The notes: generated from the sequence alone by a model not told the origin. DNA of 54,318 bases from a virus (IMGVR_UViG_3300009661_000074:1-54318); one strand, 5' to 3'. Counted from the stretch's first letter, positions 37,366-48,483 are shown. Numbers and translations: made by a program.

Positions 37366-37477
37366 TTGCCGAGCTGACAAAACACTATGGCTGGGGCCCC
37401 CACGATGCGTGGGGGCTCAGCTTGAAGATGCTGGTTTGGTGGAATGACCAAGCCATACGAATGAAGGGGTAACGACT

Positions 37478-39517
37478 GTGGCGAATGCCTTCACGATCAC
37501 GATCAGCGCGGTGGATAAAGCCACGGCCACCGTGCGTAAGGTCAATGATTCCGTCAGCCGTCTGACCCGACCATTCGAAAATGTCGGCAAATCCTTCAAA
37601 AGCCTCGGGCGTGAGCTGGGTTTCGAAAAGATCGGTAAGAACCTGGCAAACATTGGGCGTGAAGCCGGTGGCGCAGCGCGCGGCATTGGTTCCATCGTTG
37701 CGCCCATGGCGGCGATCACGGGGCTGGGTTCAGTGGCGGGAATTGCGGCGCTGGCCAACAACTGGGCGCATCTGGGCCGCTCCATCGACAACAGTGCACA
37801 CAACATCGGTATTTCCACCGGGGAGCTGCAAAGCTTCCAGGGTGCGGCAAAGATGCTGGGCGTCGACACCGCCGAAACCACATCCAGCCTCGACGGCCTG
37901 GCCACCACCATGCAGGACGCGCAATGGGGCCGGAATCAAGGCGCCTTGCTGATGTTCAACAAGCTGGGTATTGGCCTGAAAAAAACATCCACCGGTGCCT
38001 GGGATGTTGTGGGCCAATACAAGGCGGTGGCCAACGCCATTGCCAAAGAGGCTGACCCGCAAAAGCAGAAACTCATCGCCAAGGCGTTCGGCCTGGAGGG
38101 CATGTTGCCGTTCCTGCGCGAAGGTGCCGACGGCATCGAGCGCTACGAGGCAATGGTCAAGCGTCTGGGGTTTGTGATGGGAGACGATGCCGTGAAACGC
38201 GGCAAAGAGTTTTCCCAAAGCCTGGCTGGACTGGGTATTGCGGTCGACGGTACCAAGAACGCCATTGGCGACAAACTGATTCCTGTGATGCAACCGCTGA
38301 TCGATCAGTTCACCAACTGGCTGGCCGTCAACCGCGATCTGATCGCCACTGACATCGGCAACTGGGCCCAGGGTTTCGCGACCTGGGTCAACAGCATCGA
38401 CTGGAAAAGTGTGGGCGATGGCATCGTCAACTTTGCCCACGGGATCGGCAAGGTGGTGGACTGGCTGGGTGGCTGGCAGAACGCAGCCCTGCTGGTGGTG
38501 GGCGTGATGAATGCCGGCCTGATCGTCAGCGTGCTGGCGCTGGGTGGGCAACTTGTCAAAGCGGGCGCGGGCATCCTGTCCTTCGTAGGCATTTTGTGGA
38601 AGTGGCAGGCGGCTGCCACGGCAACGGCGGCTGCACAGGAAGCGCTGTCTGTCGGTGCTGTCGCCAAGGGGTTGATCGGCAAAGCGGGGCTGATCGGTGG
38701 CGCCGCTGCTGCAGGTTACGGTGTCGGCACGCTGATCAATGACCACCTTATCGCCGGTACTTCAGCGCAGGAATGGATCGGCGACAAAGTCGCGCGTGGC
38801 CTGGCTATGTTTGGCAGCCAGGACGCCAAGGAGGCTGTCGCGGCCACAGACCGGGCTAACGGCGTTATTCCGGGCGGGCGTGACAAAGCCGATTCCGTGA
38901 CCAAGTTCTTCATGGGTCAGGGCTGGACCAAGGAGCAGGCCGCAGGCATTTCGGCGAATCTGGGCACCGAGAGCAGTTACGACCCCTCCGCTTATGGTGA
39001 TGGCGGGCGCGCCTATGGCCTTGGCCAGTGGCATGCGGATCGTCAACGCGAGTTCGCCAAGTGGTCCGGCAAGAACATTCACGGCTCCAGCGAGGACGAG
39101 CAGCTTCGGTTTGTTCAGTACGAGCTGACCCAAGGCAACGAAAAAGCGGCAGGCGACCAGCTACGCGCGGCGCGGACCGCGAAGGACGCTGGTGAAATCG
39201 TCTCTCGCAAGTATGAGCGGCCTGGTAATGCAGATTGGGACGCCAGGCGGCGCGGAAGCCTTGCGGCGGATCTGGCCAATCCAACTGCACTGCCATCCTC
39301 GACCGTGGCCAGTGCCCAAGCGGCTCCAGAACCTGCGCGAGCTGTTGCGGCACCTCAGGGGCCTGTCACCAGCAATACCGAACAAGGGGGCGGTACCGTG
39401 AAGGTGGAAATCGAACACAAGAACGCGCCCGAAGGCACCAAGGTCAACGTCAAATCCGAGGGCAATGTCCAGGCATCCAGTCGTATTGCCTACTCCGGTG
39501 TGGGGTCCATCGCATGA
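37478..39517 (+). CDS. Tape measure protein with a C-terminal tail-tip lysozyme-like domain
   Basis: FTITISAVDKAT start; Ala/Gly-rich helices; AAGISANLGTESS..AYGLGQW..YERP. Confidence 0.88.
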   Translation: MANAFTITISAVDKATATVRKVNDSVSRLTRPFENVGKSFKSLGRELGFEKIGKNLANIGREAGGAARGIGSIVAPMAAITGLGSVAGIAALANNWAHLGRSIDNSAHNIGISTGELQSFQGAAKMLGVDTAETTSSLDGLATTMQDAQWGRNQGALLMFNKLGIGLKKTSTGAWDVVGQYKAVANAIAKEADPQKQKLIAKAFGLEGMLPFLREGADGIERYEAMVKRLGFVMGDDAVKRGKEFSQSLAGLGIAVDGTKNAIGDKLIPVMQPLIDQFTNWLAVNRDLIATDIGNWAQGFATWVNSIDWKSVGDGIVNFAHGIGKVVDWLGGWQNAALLVVGVMNAGLIVSVLALGGQLVKAGAGILSFVGILWKWQAAATATAAAQEALSVGAVAKGLIGKAGLIGGAAAAGYGVGTLINDHLIAGTSAQEWIGDKVARGLAMFGSQDAKEAVAATDRANGVIPGGRDKADSVTKFFMGQGWTKEQAAGISANLGTESSYDPSAYGDGGRAYGLGQWHADRQREFAKWSGKNIHGSSEDEQLRFVQYELTQGNEKAAGDQLRAARTAKDAGEIVSRKYERPGNADWDARRRGSLAADLANPTALPSSTVASAQAAPEPARAVAAPQGPVTSNTEQGGGTVKVEIEHKNAPEGTKVNVKSEGNVQASSRIAYSGVGSIA

Positions 39518-40944
39518 GTTTGCTCACAGATATCGTTCAGATTGCGCTGGACTCCAACAGGACCTGGACGGAGTCGCTCAACAAGGCTTCGTTTCGCGGC
39601 GTCCCTTTTGCGGTTTATGGCGGCGATGCTCGTTTCGGTCGTCGCCTGGCGCTGCACGAATACCCGGGGCGCGATAAACCTTACATCGAGGACATGGGCC
39701 GTTCGACTCGCCGTATCCGCATGAGTGGCTTTCTGGTCAGTGACAGCCTGGTGTATGGCGGCGGCAACGTGATGGCCCAGCGTGACGCGCTGGTCGCGGC
39801 AGCGGAGAAGGCTGGCCCCGGGTCGCTGATGCACCCAACCCTCGGCGCGCTGAATGTCAGCGTACCAACGGAAGGGCTGAGCGTGGTTGAGCGCTGGGAC
39901 ATGGGCCGTTACTTCGAAATCAGTTTTATCTTCATTGAGTCGGGTGACCGGGTATTTCCCAGTATCACCAGCTCCACCGGTAGCCTGCTCGACAAGTTGG
40001 CGGCCGCGCTGGGCTTGTCATCTGTTCTCGACTTCGCGCGCAAGGTGATCGGCGGGGTGACCGCCGTTATCAACGCGGTTGAGGGCGTGATCAAGTTCGG
40101 CAAGGCCATCGTCGGTATGGTGGTTGGGGTAATTGCTGATTTCAAGGTGCTGGTCGGCCGCATCACCCGCGACGTGCGCAGTATCACCAGCCTGGCCGGA
40201 TTGCTGACCGGCGACTTTGGCCGTTATGCCAATGGCAACGTCAGCAGTGCGTTGATCACCAGCAAGAAGACCAAGAACAGCAGCGCGACCATGGCAGACC
40301 TGATCGCTAGGAACACGGCCAATCGTGCGGCGGTCGATGTCGCGATGGACAACCTGACCGATGCGGCGGCTGCGCTGGACGCAAAAAGTGGGCAATCATT
40401 CACTGATGCTGTTCAGAGTTTGATGAATGCTCTGGTGGCCAGTGTTGCCGATCCGGGGCGAGCCATTGCCTTGTTGGGGCCGCTTGCGACCTTCTCACCG
40501 ACTGCGTCCACCGGTAACGCCACGATTGGCGCTGCCAAAGGTGTTGCCCAGGACGCGACCAGCGCCTTGCTGCGTCGTGCCGCACTGGCAGCGATCGGCA
40601 ATGCGGTCGCAACCTACGTACCCACGTCCTACGACGAGGCGATCAGCACCCTGAATATCGTTACCGGTCTGATCGACGCGGAAATACTGGTGGCTGGTGA
40701 TGCCGGAGACGATGAAAGCTACAACGCGCTGGTGGCTATGCGGCAGGCCGTGGTCGCGGCGTTGACCACCAGTGGTGCGACGTTACCCAGGCTTGAGACA
40801 TTTACCTTTCGCACGCCTTTGCCGGCGCTGGTGCTGGCCAACCGGCTGTATCAGGACGCCGGCAGGACCGATGAACTGGTGCAACAGGCAAATCCGATTC
40901 ACCCGGCGTTCATGCCGACCACCATTCAGGCCCTGGCCACGTAA
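39514..40944 (+). CDS. DNA circularization protein (Mu-like)
   Basis: ASFRGVPF, HEYPGRD, EDMGR, LMHP, HPAFMP. Confidence 0.9.
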   Translation: MSLLTDIVQIALDSNRTWTESLNKASFRGVPFAVYGGDARFGRRLALHEYPGRDKPYIEDMGRSTRRIRMSGFLVSDSLVYGGGNVMAQRDALVAAAEKAGPGSLMHPTLGALNVSVPTEGLSVVERWDMGRYFEISFIFIESGDRVFPSITSSTGSLLDKLAAALGLSSVLDFARKVIGGVTAVINAVEGVIKFGKAIVGMVVGVIADFKVLVGRITRDVRSITSLAGLLTGDFGRYANGNVSSALITSKKTKNSSATMADLIARNTANRAAVDVAMDNLTDAAAALDAKSGQSFTDAVQSLMNALVASVADPGRAIALLGPLATFSPTASTGNATIGAAKGVAQDATSALLRRAALAAIGNAVATYVPTSYDEAISTLNIVTGLIDAEILVAGDAGDDESYNALVAMRQAVVAALTTSGATLPRLETFTFRTPLPALVLANRLYQDAGRTDELVQQANPIHPAFMPTTIQALAT

Positions 40945-40953
40945 GGACATCCA

Positions 40954-42048
40954 ATGGACGACGAGCTTTACCTGGTCAGCAATGACCAGGTGGTTACCGG
41001 CTGGACGGATATCCGGGTGACACGCGGTATCGAGCGTCTGCCCAGTGATTTCAACGTCGGTATGACTGAGCTGTACCCGAACGAGCTGGATCGGTTGGTG
41101 ATCGCACCGGGTGATTCGTGTCAGATCCGCCTGGGTGATGACCCGGTGGTGACCGGTTACGTTGACCACTTTGTGCCGAGCATGAGTGCTGGTGAGCATT
41201 CGATTCGCATCAGTGGTCGGTCCAAGTGCGCTGACCTGATCGATTGTGCCGCTGAATGGCCGGGTGGCCAGATCAGCAGTGCCACCGTGCTGGGCATCGC
41301 GCAAAAGCTGGCCTCAGTGTACGGGCCGTCCATCAACGGCGCGCCGCAAGGTATTCCCGTGACCACGGATGTCACGGACCTGATCATCTTGCCGCAGACC
41401 AACCTGATGCTGGGGGAGTCGGCGTTTGAGATCATCGATCGCATGGCGCGCTTCTCGGCAGTGCTGGCCTACGACCTGGCTGATGGCAGCCTGTTCCTGT
41501 CGAGGGCCGGCACACGTCGGGCTGCCAGTGGTTTTGCCGAGGGCGAAAACGTGCAGCAGGCGTACATCGATTACTCCGCCAATCTGATTTACTCCGATTA
41601 CAACGCCTATATCCAATCGGTGGATGCCTACACCGACGTGGGCCAGGGCGGTAATCAACTGGTCACGACCAAAGACCTGAACTGCAAACGGCACCGAACC
41701 ATGGTGATCATTTCCGAGGGCGGTGGTATGGGCAACGAAATTGCAGTCAAGCGATCACTCTGGGAGTCTGCTCGCCGCTTCGGCCGCTCCCGGGTCGTGC
41801 GCGTGACCACCGACAGTTGGCGCGATGCGTCCGGCGCGTTGTGGGAACCCAACACTCTGGTGCCGGTTTCGCTCCCACGGCTGAAACTGGTCGCCGATGG
41901 CTTGCTGATCAGTGAAGTGACCTTTCTGAAAAACGCCTATTCAGGCACCACCGCTGAACTGACGCTGATGGCACCCGAAGCGTTTCTGCCGCAACCGATC
42001 AACCTCACGCCGCTGTATGGCGAGTTTTCACAGGCAGTGCCCCAATGA
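40954..42048 (+). CDS. Baseplate hub protein (Mu gpP/gp44-like)
   Basis: [28 protein letters not shown]. Confidence 0.88.
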   Translation: MDDELYLVSNDQVVTGWTDIRVTRGIERLPSDFNVGMTELYPNELDRLVIAPGDSCQIRLGDDPVVTGYVDHFVPSMSAGEHSIRISGRSKCADLIDCAAEWPGGQISSATVLGIAQKLASVYGPSINGAPQGIPVTTDVTDLIILPQTNLMLGESAFEIIDRMARFSAVLAYDLADGSLFLSRAGTRRAASGFAEGENVQQAYIDYSANLIYSDYNAYIQSVDAYTDVGQGGNQLVTTKDLNCKRHRTMVIISEGGGMGNEIAVKRSLWESARRFGRSRVVRVTTDSWRDASGALWEPNTLVPVSLPRLKLVADGLLISEVTFLKNAYSGTTAELTLMAPEAFLPQPINLTPLYGEFSQAVPQ

Positions 42049-42626
42049 ACCAGCCCGTGGATTCGGAAGGCATCCTTCAGCGTTTATGGCGGCGGGTGCA
42101 ACTGGCCTCGGGGTGGGGGCGTGTGACCTTCAGCGACGATCGCAAGACCGCGCAACTGCTGCAGGTCAAACTCAACGATTCGGAAACCCGGGACAGTACC
42201 CCGCGTATCGCCGAGTTTGGGTTCACTTCCCGACCGCCGACCGGCTCCGATGTATTGGTTGTGTTCCTGGGCGGTGATCGCTCCAAAGGCGTTGTTGTCG
42301 CTACCGGGCATCAGGCCAGTCGGCCCACAGGTCTGGTCGAGGGCGAAAGCCAACTTTATGACCTGTGGGGTAAGTCGATATATCTGACGGAGAAGGGTGG
42401 CATTGTTGTTGAGGCCAATGGCACGCCGGTGACGGTCAATAACGCTACAACGGTGACCATCAACGCCTCGGAGAAAGTGGTTATAAATACCCCCACGCTG
42501 GAGGTCAGCGGCGACATCAAGGCGGGCGGCGACATCACCGACAAGGTTCGCAGCATGGCGGACGACAGAGTCATCTATAACGGCCATACCCATGGCAGCA
42601 GTCCTCCACCGGGGCAACAGCAATGA
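42045..42626 (+). CDS. Baseplate spike protein (Mu gp45/gpV-like)
   Basis: [14 protein letters not shown]-terminal YNGHTH. Confidence 0.9.
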   Translation: MNQPVDSEGILQRLWRRVQLASGWGRVTFSDDRKTAQLLQVKLNDSETRDSTPRIAEFGFTSRPPTGSDVLVVFLGGDRSKGVVVATGHQASRPTGLVEGESQLYDLWGKSIYLTEKGGIVVEANGTPVTVNNATTVTINASEKVVINTPTLEVSGDIKAGGDITDKVRSMADDRVIYNGHTHGSSPPPGQQQ

Positions 42627-43060
42627 GTGATATCGCAACAACCTGGCTTGTTGAAACGGGGGTAGGGGATTGGTCCATCAGTGGTGGTGCGCTGGCCAGT
42701 GGTGATGACCTCGGTTCTGCTGTGCTGATCAGCCTGTTTACCGATCGACTGTCCAATGACGACGACGTCCCGCCCGATGGCAGCAACGACCGGCGTGGCT
42801 GGTGGGGTGATGAGGGCGAGGATGTGCCCGTAGGCTCTCGGCTTTGGTTGCTGGACCGCTCGCGCCTCAACGCGGATGTAGCCAATACGGCCCAGATCTA
42901 CATGGAAGAGGCATTGAAATGGATCGTTGACGACCAGGTCGCCGCCAAGGTGACGGTCAATACGGTCATTGCCGGTGGTAGCCGGCTGGATGCCATCGTG
43001 ACGGTTACGCAACACGATGGAACGGCGACCCAACTGAAATATAACTGGGTGTGGTCCTAG
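42623..43060 (+). CDS. Mu gp46-like baseplate protein
   Basis: [22 protein letters not shown]. Confidence 0.92.
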   Translation: MSDIATTWLVETGVGDWSISGGALASGDDLGSAVLISLFTDRLSNDDDVPPDGSNDRRGWWGDEGEDVPVGSRLWLLDRSRLNADVANTAQIYMEEALKWIVDDQVAAKVTVNTVIAGGSRLDAIVTVTQHDGTATQLKYNWVWS

Positions 43061-43121
43061 GACCCTCAGTATGCCCCCCAACAACCCGCTTCGGCGGGTT
43101 TCTCGTTTCTGGAGCAATTGA

Positions 43122-44249
43122 ATGCCATTCACCAGACCGACACTTTCGGATTTGCGATCACAGGTCGCGGCCGATATCACCTCTGGGTTGCCGACTGCCG
43201 ATGGTCTATTGCGCTTTTCCAACCTGCAAATCCTCGGCAAGGCCGTCGCCGGGCTGGGGCATCTCAATTACGGCTATCTGGACTGGATTGCAAAGCAGGG
43301 CGTCCCCTTCACCTCATCGGGCGAGTTTCTGGAGGCCTGGGCCGCGCTGAAAAAGGTATATCGCAAAACGGCTTCCTACGCGGTCGGAGCGGTTACTTTC
43401 GTGGGAACACCCGGGACTGTGCTCGACGCGGGTACCGAGGTGGCGCGCGGTGATTCTGCAACTTTCACGGTCCAGGCCACGGCCACAGTTGGAAGCAGCG
43501 GTACGGTGGTGGTCACGGTGCAGGCCGATCTCGCGGGTGAGGCTGGCAATACCCCCATTGGCAGTTTGATGACTTTGGGCACATCGCTGGCGGGGATCCA
43601 GTCGAGCGGCGCGGTAACGGCGGTAATCACAGGCGGCGCAGATCAGGAGCTTGACGAGGCGCTGTTTGACCGCATGATCGATGCTTATCAGGCTACCGCG
43701 AACGGCGGGTCGAAGTCGGATTACGTCACATGGGCTGAAGACATCCCAGGAGTAACAAGGGCCTGGTCCAAACCAAACGGTTTCGGGACCGGGACAATCG
43801 TGTTGTATGTGATGCTCGATGACGCGAACGCGGCCTATGGTGGTTTTCCTCAGGGCAAGAACGGCATTTCCCAGAAGGATAACCGGGTGACTTCAGGCAG
43901 CATCGCGGCCGGTGATCAATTGAACATCGCAGACATCGTCTACGACGAGCAGCCCGCCACGGCCATGGTCTATGTCTGCTCACCGTTGGCAAACCCGGTC
44001 AACTTCACGGTCACCGGCATGACCAACGCCTCGACGGATGTCCGCGCGGCGGTTGCGCTGGCGATCACCGAAGTGTTTCTGGAACAGGGCGACCCGACTA
44101 CAGACAACCCAATAGTGGCGCTCAGTGACATCGAGTCGGCCATCGCGGCGATCTCCGGCACGAAGGGCTTCGTCATTACCTATCCGGCCGGAAACATCGT
44201 GAACACCATTGGCTACCTGCCGACCCTGGGCACCATCACATACCCCTGA
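43122..44249 (+). CDS. Baseplate J/gp47 protein
   Basis: MPFTRPTL, GGAD.E, GGSKSDY..WA..PGVTRAW. Confidence 0.92.
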   Translation: MPFTRPTLSDLRSQVAADITSGLPTADGLLRFSNLQILGKAVAGLGHLNYGYLDWIAKQGVPFTSSGEFLEAWAALKKVYRKTASYAVGAVTFVGTPGTVLDAGTEVARGDSATFTVQATATVGSSGTVVVTVQADLAGEAGNTPIGSLMTLGTSLAGIQSSGAVTAVITGGADQELDEALFDRMIDAYQATANGGSKSDYVTWAEDIPGVTRAWSKPNGFGTGTIVLYVMLDDANAAYGGFPQGKNGISQKDNRVTSGSIAAGDQLNIADIVYDEQPATAMVYVCSPLANPVNFTVTGMTNASTDVRAAVALAITEVFLEQGDPTTDNPIVALSDIESAIAAISGTKGFVITYPAGNIVNTIGYLPTLGTITYP

Positions 44250-44257
44250 GCCTGCTC

Positions 44258-44809
44258 ATGCCAAAACCTTCTTTTTCCAGTGCCGACTTCACGTCTGCGC
44301 TGCTTTCGCTGCTGCCTCGCGGCCGGGTTTGGCCGAAAGAGCTGAGCAGCGTTCAGGCGCAGTCGATTTCCTGTTTTGCTCCGACCTTCCAACGCATCAG
44401 TGACAGCGCCGTGAACCTGCTGGCCGACACGTTCCCGGCAACAGCCGTCGACTTCCTCGGGGAGTGGGAGTCCACGCTTGGCCTGCCTGACGCCTGCGCG
44501 GGTATTGCCCCTACCGAGGATGAACGGCGCAGGCAGGTGATTGCGCGGTTCACCAACAGCGGTGGCCAATCCATCGGGCATTTTGCGGCATACGCCTTGG
44601 GCCTGGGTTACACCATCACCGTCACCCAATACGCGCCGTTCCGGATGGGGCAGAGCGTCATGGGGCAGGCCCTTGGCAACGACGACTGGTTTTTTACCTG
44701 GACCGTCAATGCACCGCTCAGCAGTGGCGCGTATGGCAACAAGGTTCTTGAGTGCGAATTGAGAGAGGCCATGCCTGGGCACACCATCCTGAACTTCCAT
44801 TATTCGTGA
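44258..44809 (+). CDS. YmfQ/DUF2313 (Mu gp48-like) baseplate protein
   Basis: LLPRGRVW, EWE..LGLPD.C, LEC..PGHT. Confidence 0.88.
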   Translation: MPKPSFSSADFTSALLSLLPRGRVWPKELSSVQAQSISCFAPTFQRISDSAVNLLADTFPATAVDFLGEWESTLGLPDACAGIAPTEDERRRQVIARFTNSGGQSIGHFAAYALGLGYTITVTQYAPFRMGQSVMGQALGNDDWFFTWTVNAPLSSGAYGNKVLECELREAMPGHTILNFHYS

Positions 44810-44817
44810 GGCCATAG

Positions 44818-45777
44818 ATGTATCAAATTGACAATTCAACGGTGGCGTCGAGTATTCCGGCGAGCACGGCTGCCGGTTTGGCGGGCTTTTTTACCGATGG
44901 CGACCCTGTGCTCAACACGCCACCTACAGTGTTGCCCGCTGAATTCATGAACATGTTGATGATGGAACTGCTGAATGTGCTGGTCGCTGCGGGCGTCACG
45001 CCATCGAAGACCAGTTTCACACAGCTTGCCATCGCGATCAGTCAACTGATCCGCTCAGGCGCGGCCATATACGGTATCGATGCCGGGATCGCCAACGTCT
45101 ACGTGGTGCCTTATACCCCTGCGGTAACCGGTGCGGTCGACGGCATGGTTATACGGTTCCAGGCAAAGACGACTAATACCGGCCCCAGCACCTTCGCTCC
45201 TGATGCCTTAGCCGCCAATCCCCTTATAGGCCTTGGATCTATGCCGTTGCAAGGTGGCGAGATCGTTGCAGGTGGAACCTGCACAGTAGTTTGGCTTGCA
45301 GCTTTGAGTAAGTGGGTACTCCTGAGCTGTACCGGCGGATCGATCCAGGCAGCGCCAGGTAATGCATCTGCGCACGTCATGACCATTGCCCAGATGCAGG
45401 CAGCGTATGGCGTCTATGCGGCGGATACCGGCTCAGCGAATAGTTATGCTGCGGCGTTCACTCCCGCAATCAGCGTCCTTACAGACGGCGCAAAGCTCAC
45501 CTTCCAAGCGCTGACTGCGAACACCGGAGCTTCAACACTCAATGTCAACGGTCTGGGTGCCAAGCCCCTGATCGGAGGTGCCCAGCAGCCTCTGCAAGGC
45601 GGCGAGATCATCGTGGGCGGCAAAGCCGAGGTGGTCTACCACAGCAGTCTTGATTCCTGGATTTTGTGGACTGGTGGCGGCAGCCCGCAAGTCCCGACGG
45701 CCACCAAGTCACTGCATGCCGTAAACATGGCTCAGCTCTCCAATTCCTATATCACTTACTTCATGGGGCAAATCTAA
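44818..45777 (+). CDS. Tail fibre proximal protein with an internal domain duplication
   Basis: MYQID..FFTDGDP anchor; two copies of D.G.AN.Y..TP..DG...F.A...NTG.ST...PLQGGEI. Confidence 0.8.
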   Translation: MYQIDNSTVASSIPASTAAGLAGFFTDGDPVLNTPPTVLPAEFMNMLMMELLNVLVAAGVTPSKTSFTQLAIAISQLIRSGAAIYGIDAGIANVYVVPYTPAVTGAVDGMVIRFQAKTTNTGPSTFAPDALAANPLIGLGSMPLQGGEIVAGGTCTVVWLAALSKWVLLSCTGGSIQAAPGNASAHVMTIAQMQAAYGVYAADTGSANSYAAAFTPAISVLTDGAKLTFQALTANTGASTLNVNGLGAKPLIGGAQQPLQGGEIIVGGKAEVVYHSSLDSWILWTGGGSPQVPTATKSLHAVNMAQLSNSYITYFMGQI

Positions 45778-46110
45778 ATGGCCAGCGGAACACTCGGTAC
45801 GCCTGTAAGTCTTGCAGCGACTACTTACACGACTCTGTACACCGTTCCCACCGGGAAAGTCGCAACGGTAAACTTTAACCTGGTCAACACCAACGCCTCG
45901 GCGGTTCTTGTCCGTGTTGCAATTAGCGCCAGTGCAACCCCAGGGCCGACTGAGTGGGTTGAGTACGACGCTTATCTTCAGCCCGCCGGCGATCAGAGCA
46001 ACGGCAGCGTTCTTGAGCGATCAGGCTTTGTCTGTGAAGCCGGGAAAAACATCGTTTGCTATTCAAGCATCGCCGGGGTCGTTGCCCGTGCACACGGGAT
46101 GGAGGGTTAA
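45778..46110 (+). CDS. Small beta-rich tail fibre-associated protein
   Basis: 110 aa; starts immediately after the fibre stop. Confidence 0.7.
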   Translation: MASGTLGTPVSLAATTYTTLYTVPTGKVATVNFNLVNTNASAVLVRVAISASATPGPTEWVEYDAYLQPAGDQSNGSVLERSGFVCEAGKNIVCYSSIAGVVARAHGMEG

Positions 46111-46112
46111 CC

Positions 46113-47660
46113 ATGGGACGTTCGATTTTTTCGTCCAACAATTCCGGTCTTGCCAGCACAAGTACCAAACTAAAGGCTGCTGCAGCTTTCAACAGCAATG
46201 ATGTAGTTCAAATCATTCCCGGGGGGCAGGTAACGCCAGTCCGTGTCAGCGACTATGCCACTGTAGCGAACGCGGGTAGTCCGATTTTTGGGTACACGTC
46301 GGCCATAAGTAACGCCGTTTCGCAGGCCTATAACGGATCGCTGGCGGCCCAAGGGCCGGACGGTTCAATCTATTTCTTGAAGGCTGGGGCGATTGACAAA
46401 TACGCAGCTTCCGGAAGCCTGATCCAAAGTATCGCTGGAGGTGCGGGGTCGACACTTTGTAACGTGTTCTTCCTCGCGAACGGAAACCTGTGCACCACGG
46501 GCCTTGCTGTAAATGGGGCCTTCTATGCGATCTACAATCCGACGGGGATGATTCAGGTGGTTGCCCCAACCGCTCTTGTGGGCGCGAGCTCAAACAGCGG
46601 TAATTTGTCCACGATCCCGTTAGTAGGGGGTGGTTTTGCGGCTCTCTACAACAGCACGTCGACTACCGCCGCGACCCTGGCGATATACAACAACGCTGGT
46701 GTGCTGCTGAATTCGGCGACGATGACTACAAGCACAGGATCTCCCACGCCGCAGCTCAGCCTTGCCCAGCTTTCAGATGGCACCATTGCAGTGGCGTATC
46801 TCAATACGACTTATTTTGTAGCTGTTTACAATACGTCTGCTGTTCTTCAGGTCGCACCGTTCTCAACGGGCCTTTCTCAAGCGACCGGGCTGTACAACGT
46901 TTCGTGCCCCTATCTGTCTGTGCTACCGGGTTGTTTTGCCTTGGCTGTTCAGTCGGCTAGCTCAACCACCTCATGCATGGTCTTCAGCAACGCCGGTGCG
47001 CAACAAGGTCCTACGTATTCGGGAGCATCCGCTGCTCTATCCTATCCCGCCTATACCTGCTCTCTTGTAAACGACGGAACCAACTTCTGGCTGGTGTACC
47101 TGATAGCCACCACCGTCAACTACGTAAAGATCACTCAGGCGGGTGTAGCCATTGTCTACTCGCTGCTGGGTAGCGCTGTTGGGTCGTTCGGCGGAGGGAG
47201 CGCCCAGTGGAGTTACTACGACCCGACAACAGCCAGTATCGTGACGTGGTTTGGCGCTACTGCTTATTGCGTGTTCAGCACGGCGCTTATCATTCAGATT
47301 GTCCCAATTAACACAATTCAGACAGGGCTCAGCACCAACGCCTATTACTCCGCATCCGCTGGATTTACCAGCCAAACGGGCCTCCTGATGCTCAGTGATG
47401 GCGCGTTCTTTTGCTATGGCCAGAGCGGCGGCGGCAATACCTATTACTCACTTTGGAAATCGGTTAATACAGCCATTGTTGGCGTTGCGACAAGCTCGGC
47501 GGTTCCTGGCTCGCTAGTTTCATTCTTTCCGCAAGCTGGTGTGTATTACGTAAACGCGGTGAAGGGCTCTGGATCGAAAACGTTCGATCATTCAGCTGCA
47601 AATATTTACGGAAACAAGGGCGCACTTTTGACTAGCGGCATCGTGCTGAAGGGGATGTGA
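46113..47660 (+). CDS. Putative receptor-binding protein (beta-rich, propeller-like repeats)
   Basis: 515 aa S/T/G/A/Y-rich; recurring L.NG/L.DG..A..Y and IYN..G units; GGAGG RBS. Confidence 0.6.
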   Translation: MGRSIFSSNNSGLASTSTKLKAAAAFNSNDVVQIIPGGQVTPVRVSDYATVANAGSPIFGYTSAISNAVSQAYNGSLAAQGPDGSIYFLKAGAIDKYAASGSLIQSIAGGAGSTLCNVFFLANGNLCTTGLAVNGAFYAIYNPTGMIQVVAPTALVGASSNSGNLSTIPLVGGGFAALYNSTSTTAATLAIYNNAGVLLNSATMTTSTGSPTPQLSLAQLSDGTIAVAYLNTTYFVAVYNTSAVLQVAPFSTGLSQATGLYNVSCPYLSVLPGCFALAVQSASSTTSCMVFSNAGAQQGPTYSGASAALSYPAYTCSLVNDGTNFWLVYLIATTVNYVKITQAGVAIVYSLLGSAVGSFGGGSAQWSYYDPTTASIVTWFGATAYCVFSTALIIQIVPINTIQTGLSTNAYYSASAGFTSQTGLLMLSDGAFFCYGQSGGGNTYYSLWKSVNTAIVGVATSSAVPGSLVSFFPQAGVYYVNAVKGSGSKTFDHSAANIYGNKGALLTSGIVLKGM

Positions 47661-48082
47661 TGAGCACTTATCAACTGAAAGAAATCGCGACAGGCGACTT
47701 ACAGGATGCGCAAATGCTTCCTGAGTGGGCCACTGGGATCTGGAATTGCGGCAACTACCTGGTCGCAGACCCAGACGGAAAGTTGTATGAGGTCGTAGTC
47801 AACATCGTATATCCGGTGGTCAGCCCAATGACCTTTCAAATGCTGTTCACGCCCTTGGAAGAAATTGCGATCAAGAAGGTGGTGGACGGCGACCCTGCTG
47901 CAGAACCTCCCGTTGCTGCGAATCAGGAAGTCGCGATCTGGTGGGGGCGCTTGACGAACCCTGGTCTGACTGAGGTGGACCTTGGTTTGAAGTCTGTTCA
48001 AGGGGCATTGGAAGGGCTCGTTGCTTTGGGCGCCCTGGCTTCGGACCGGGTTGCCCAGATCCTCACGGGGAAGCTGCAATGA
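47660..48082 (+). CDS. Hypothetical protein, possible fibre assembly chaperone
   Basis: Follows the putative RBP; FQMLFT..E, VDL, R..QIL motifs. Confidence 0.6.
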   Translation: MSTYQLKEIATGDLQDAQMLPEWATGIWNCGNYLVADPDGKLYEVVVNIVYPVVSPMTFQMLFTPLEEIAIKKVVDGDPAAEPPVAANQEVAIWWGRLTNPGLTEVDLGLKSVQGALEGLVALGALASDRVAQILTGKLQ

Positions 48083-48483
48083 GCAAATTCCTTGTGACCT
48101 TGAAGACGGAACAGCTCGGCAAGTGGAACCACAAGCTGCTCGGTGACCTGGTGCTCGACGACGATCGACACGGCCGCCTGCTGGCCGAAATCGGTTTTGT
48201 CACCAACTTTGCCAGCCTGCAGGCCGTACACAACATCGTCCTGTTCCCGCTGTATGCCCTGGTGGCGGGTTACGGCAACTATGCGTCGACCATTCACGAC
48301 AAGCTGTACACCACAGGCCAACTGAGCCGCAGACAGGCTGACGATGTGTTGTACCGGGCGCTGCGCGCAGAGGGCGTGGCGAAGTGGCGGGCCTGGCTCT
48401 TCTGGGCCGGAGTTCGAATAGGCGGAGCTAGGCACTACACCAAAACCCCGAATCGATCGGGGTTTTCTGTTTCTGGGGATTGA
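48079..48483 (+). CDS. DUF1353 family protein
   Basis: GFVTNFAS, IHDKLY, R.QAD, GVRIGG. Confidence 0.82.
   Translation: MSKFLVTLKTEQLGKWNHKLLGDLVLDDDRHGRLLAEIGFVTNFASLQAVHNIVLFPLYALVAGYGNYASTIHDKLYTTGQLSRRQADDVLYRALRAEGVAKWRAWLFWAGVRIGGARHYTKTPNRSGFSVSGD

Noticed and set aside
26660-38746. Long minus-strand ORFs (26660-28000, 32831-34228, 35165-36880, 37730-38746)
   Set aside because: Antisense shadows of well-supported structural genes in GC-rich DNA
44818-48483. Diversity-generating retroelement or invertible fibre cassette
   Set aside because: No reverse transcriptase, template/variable repeat pair, invertase or inverted fibre segment found
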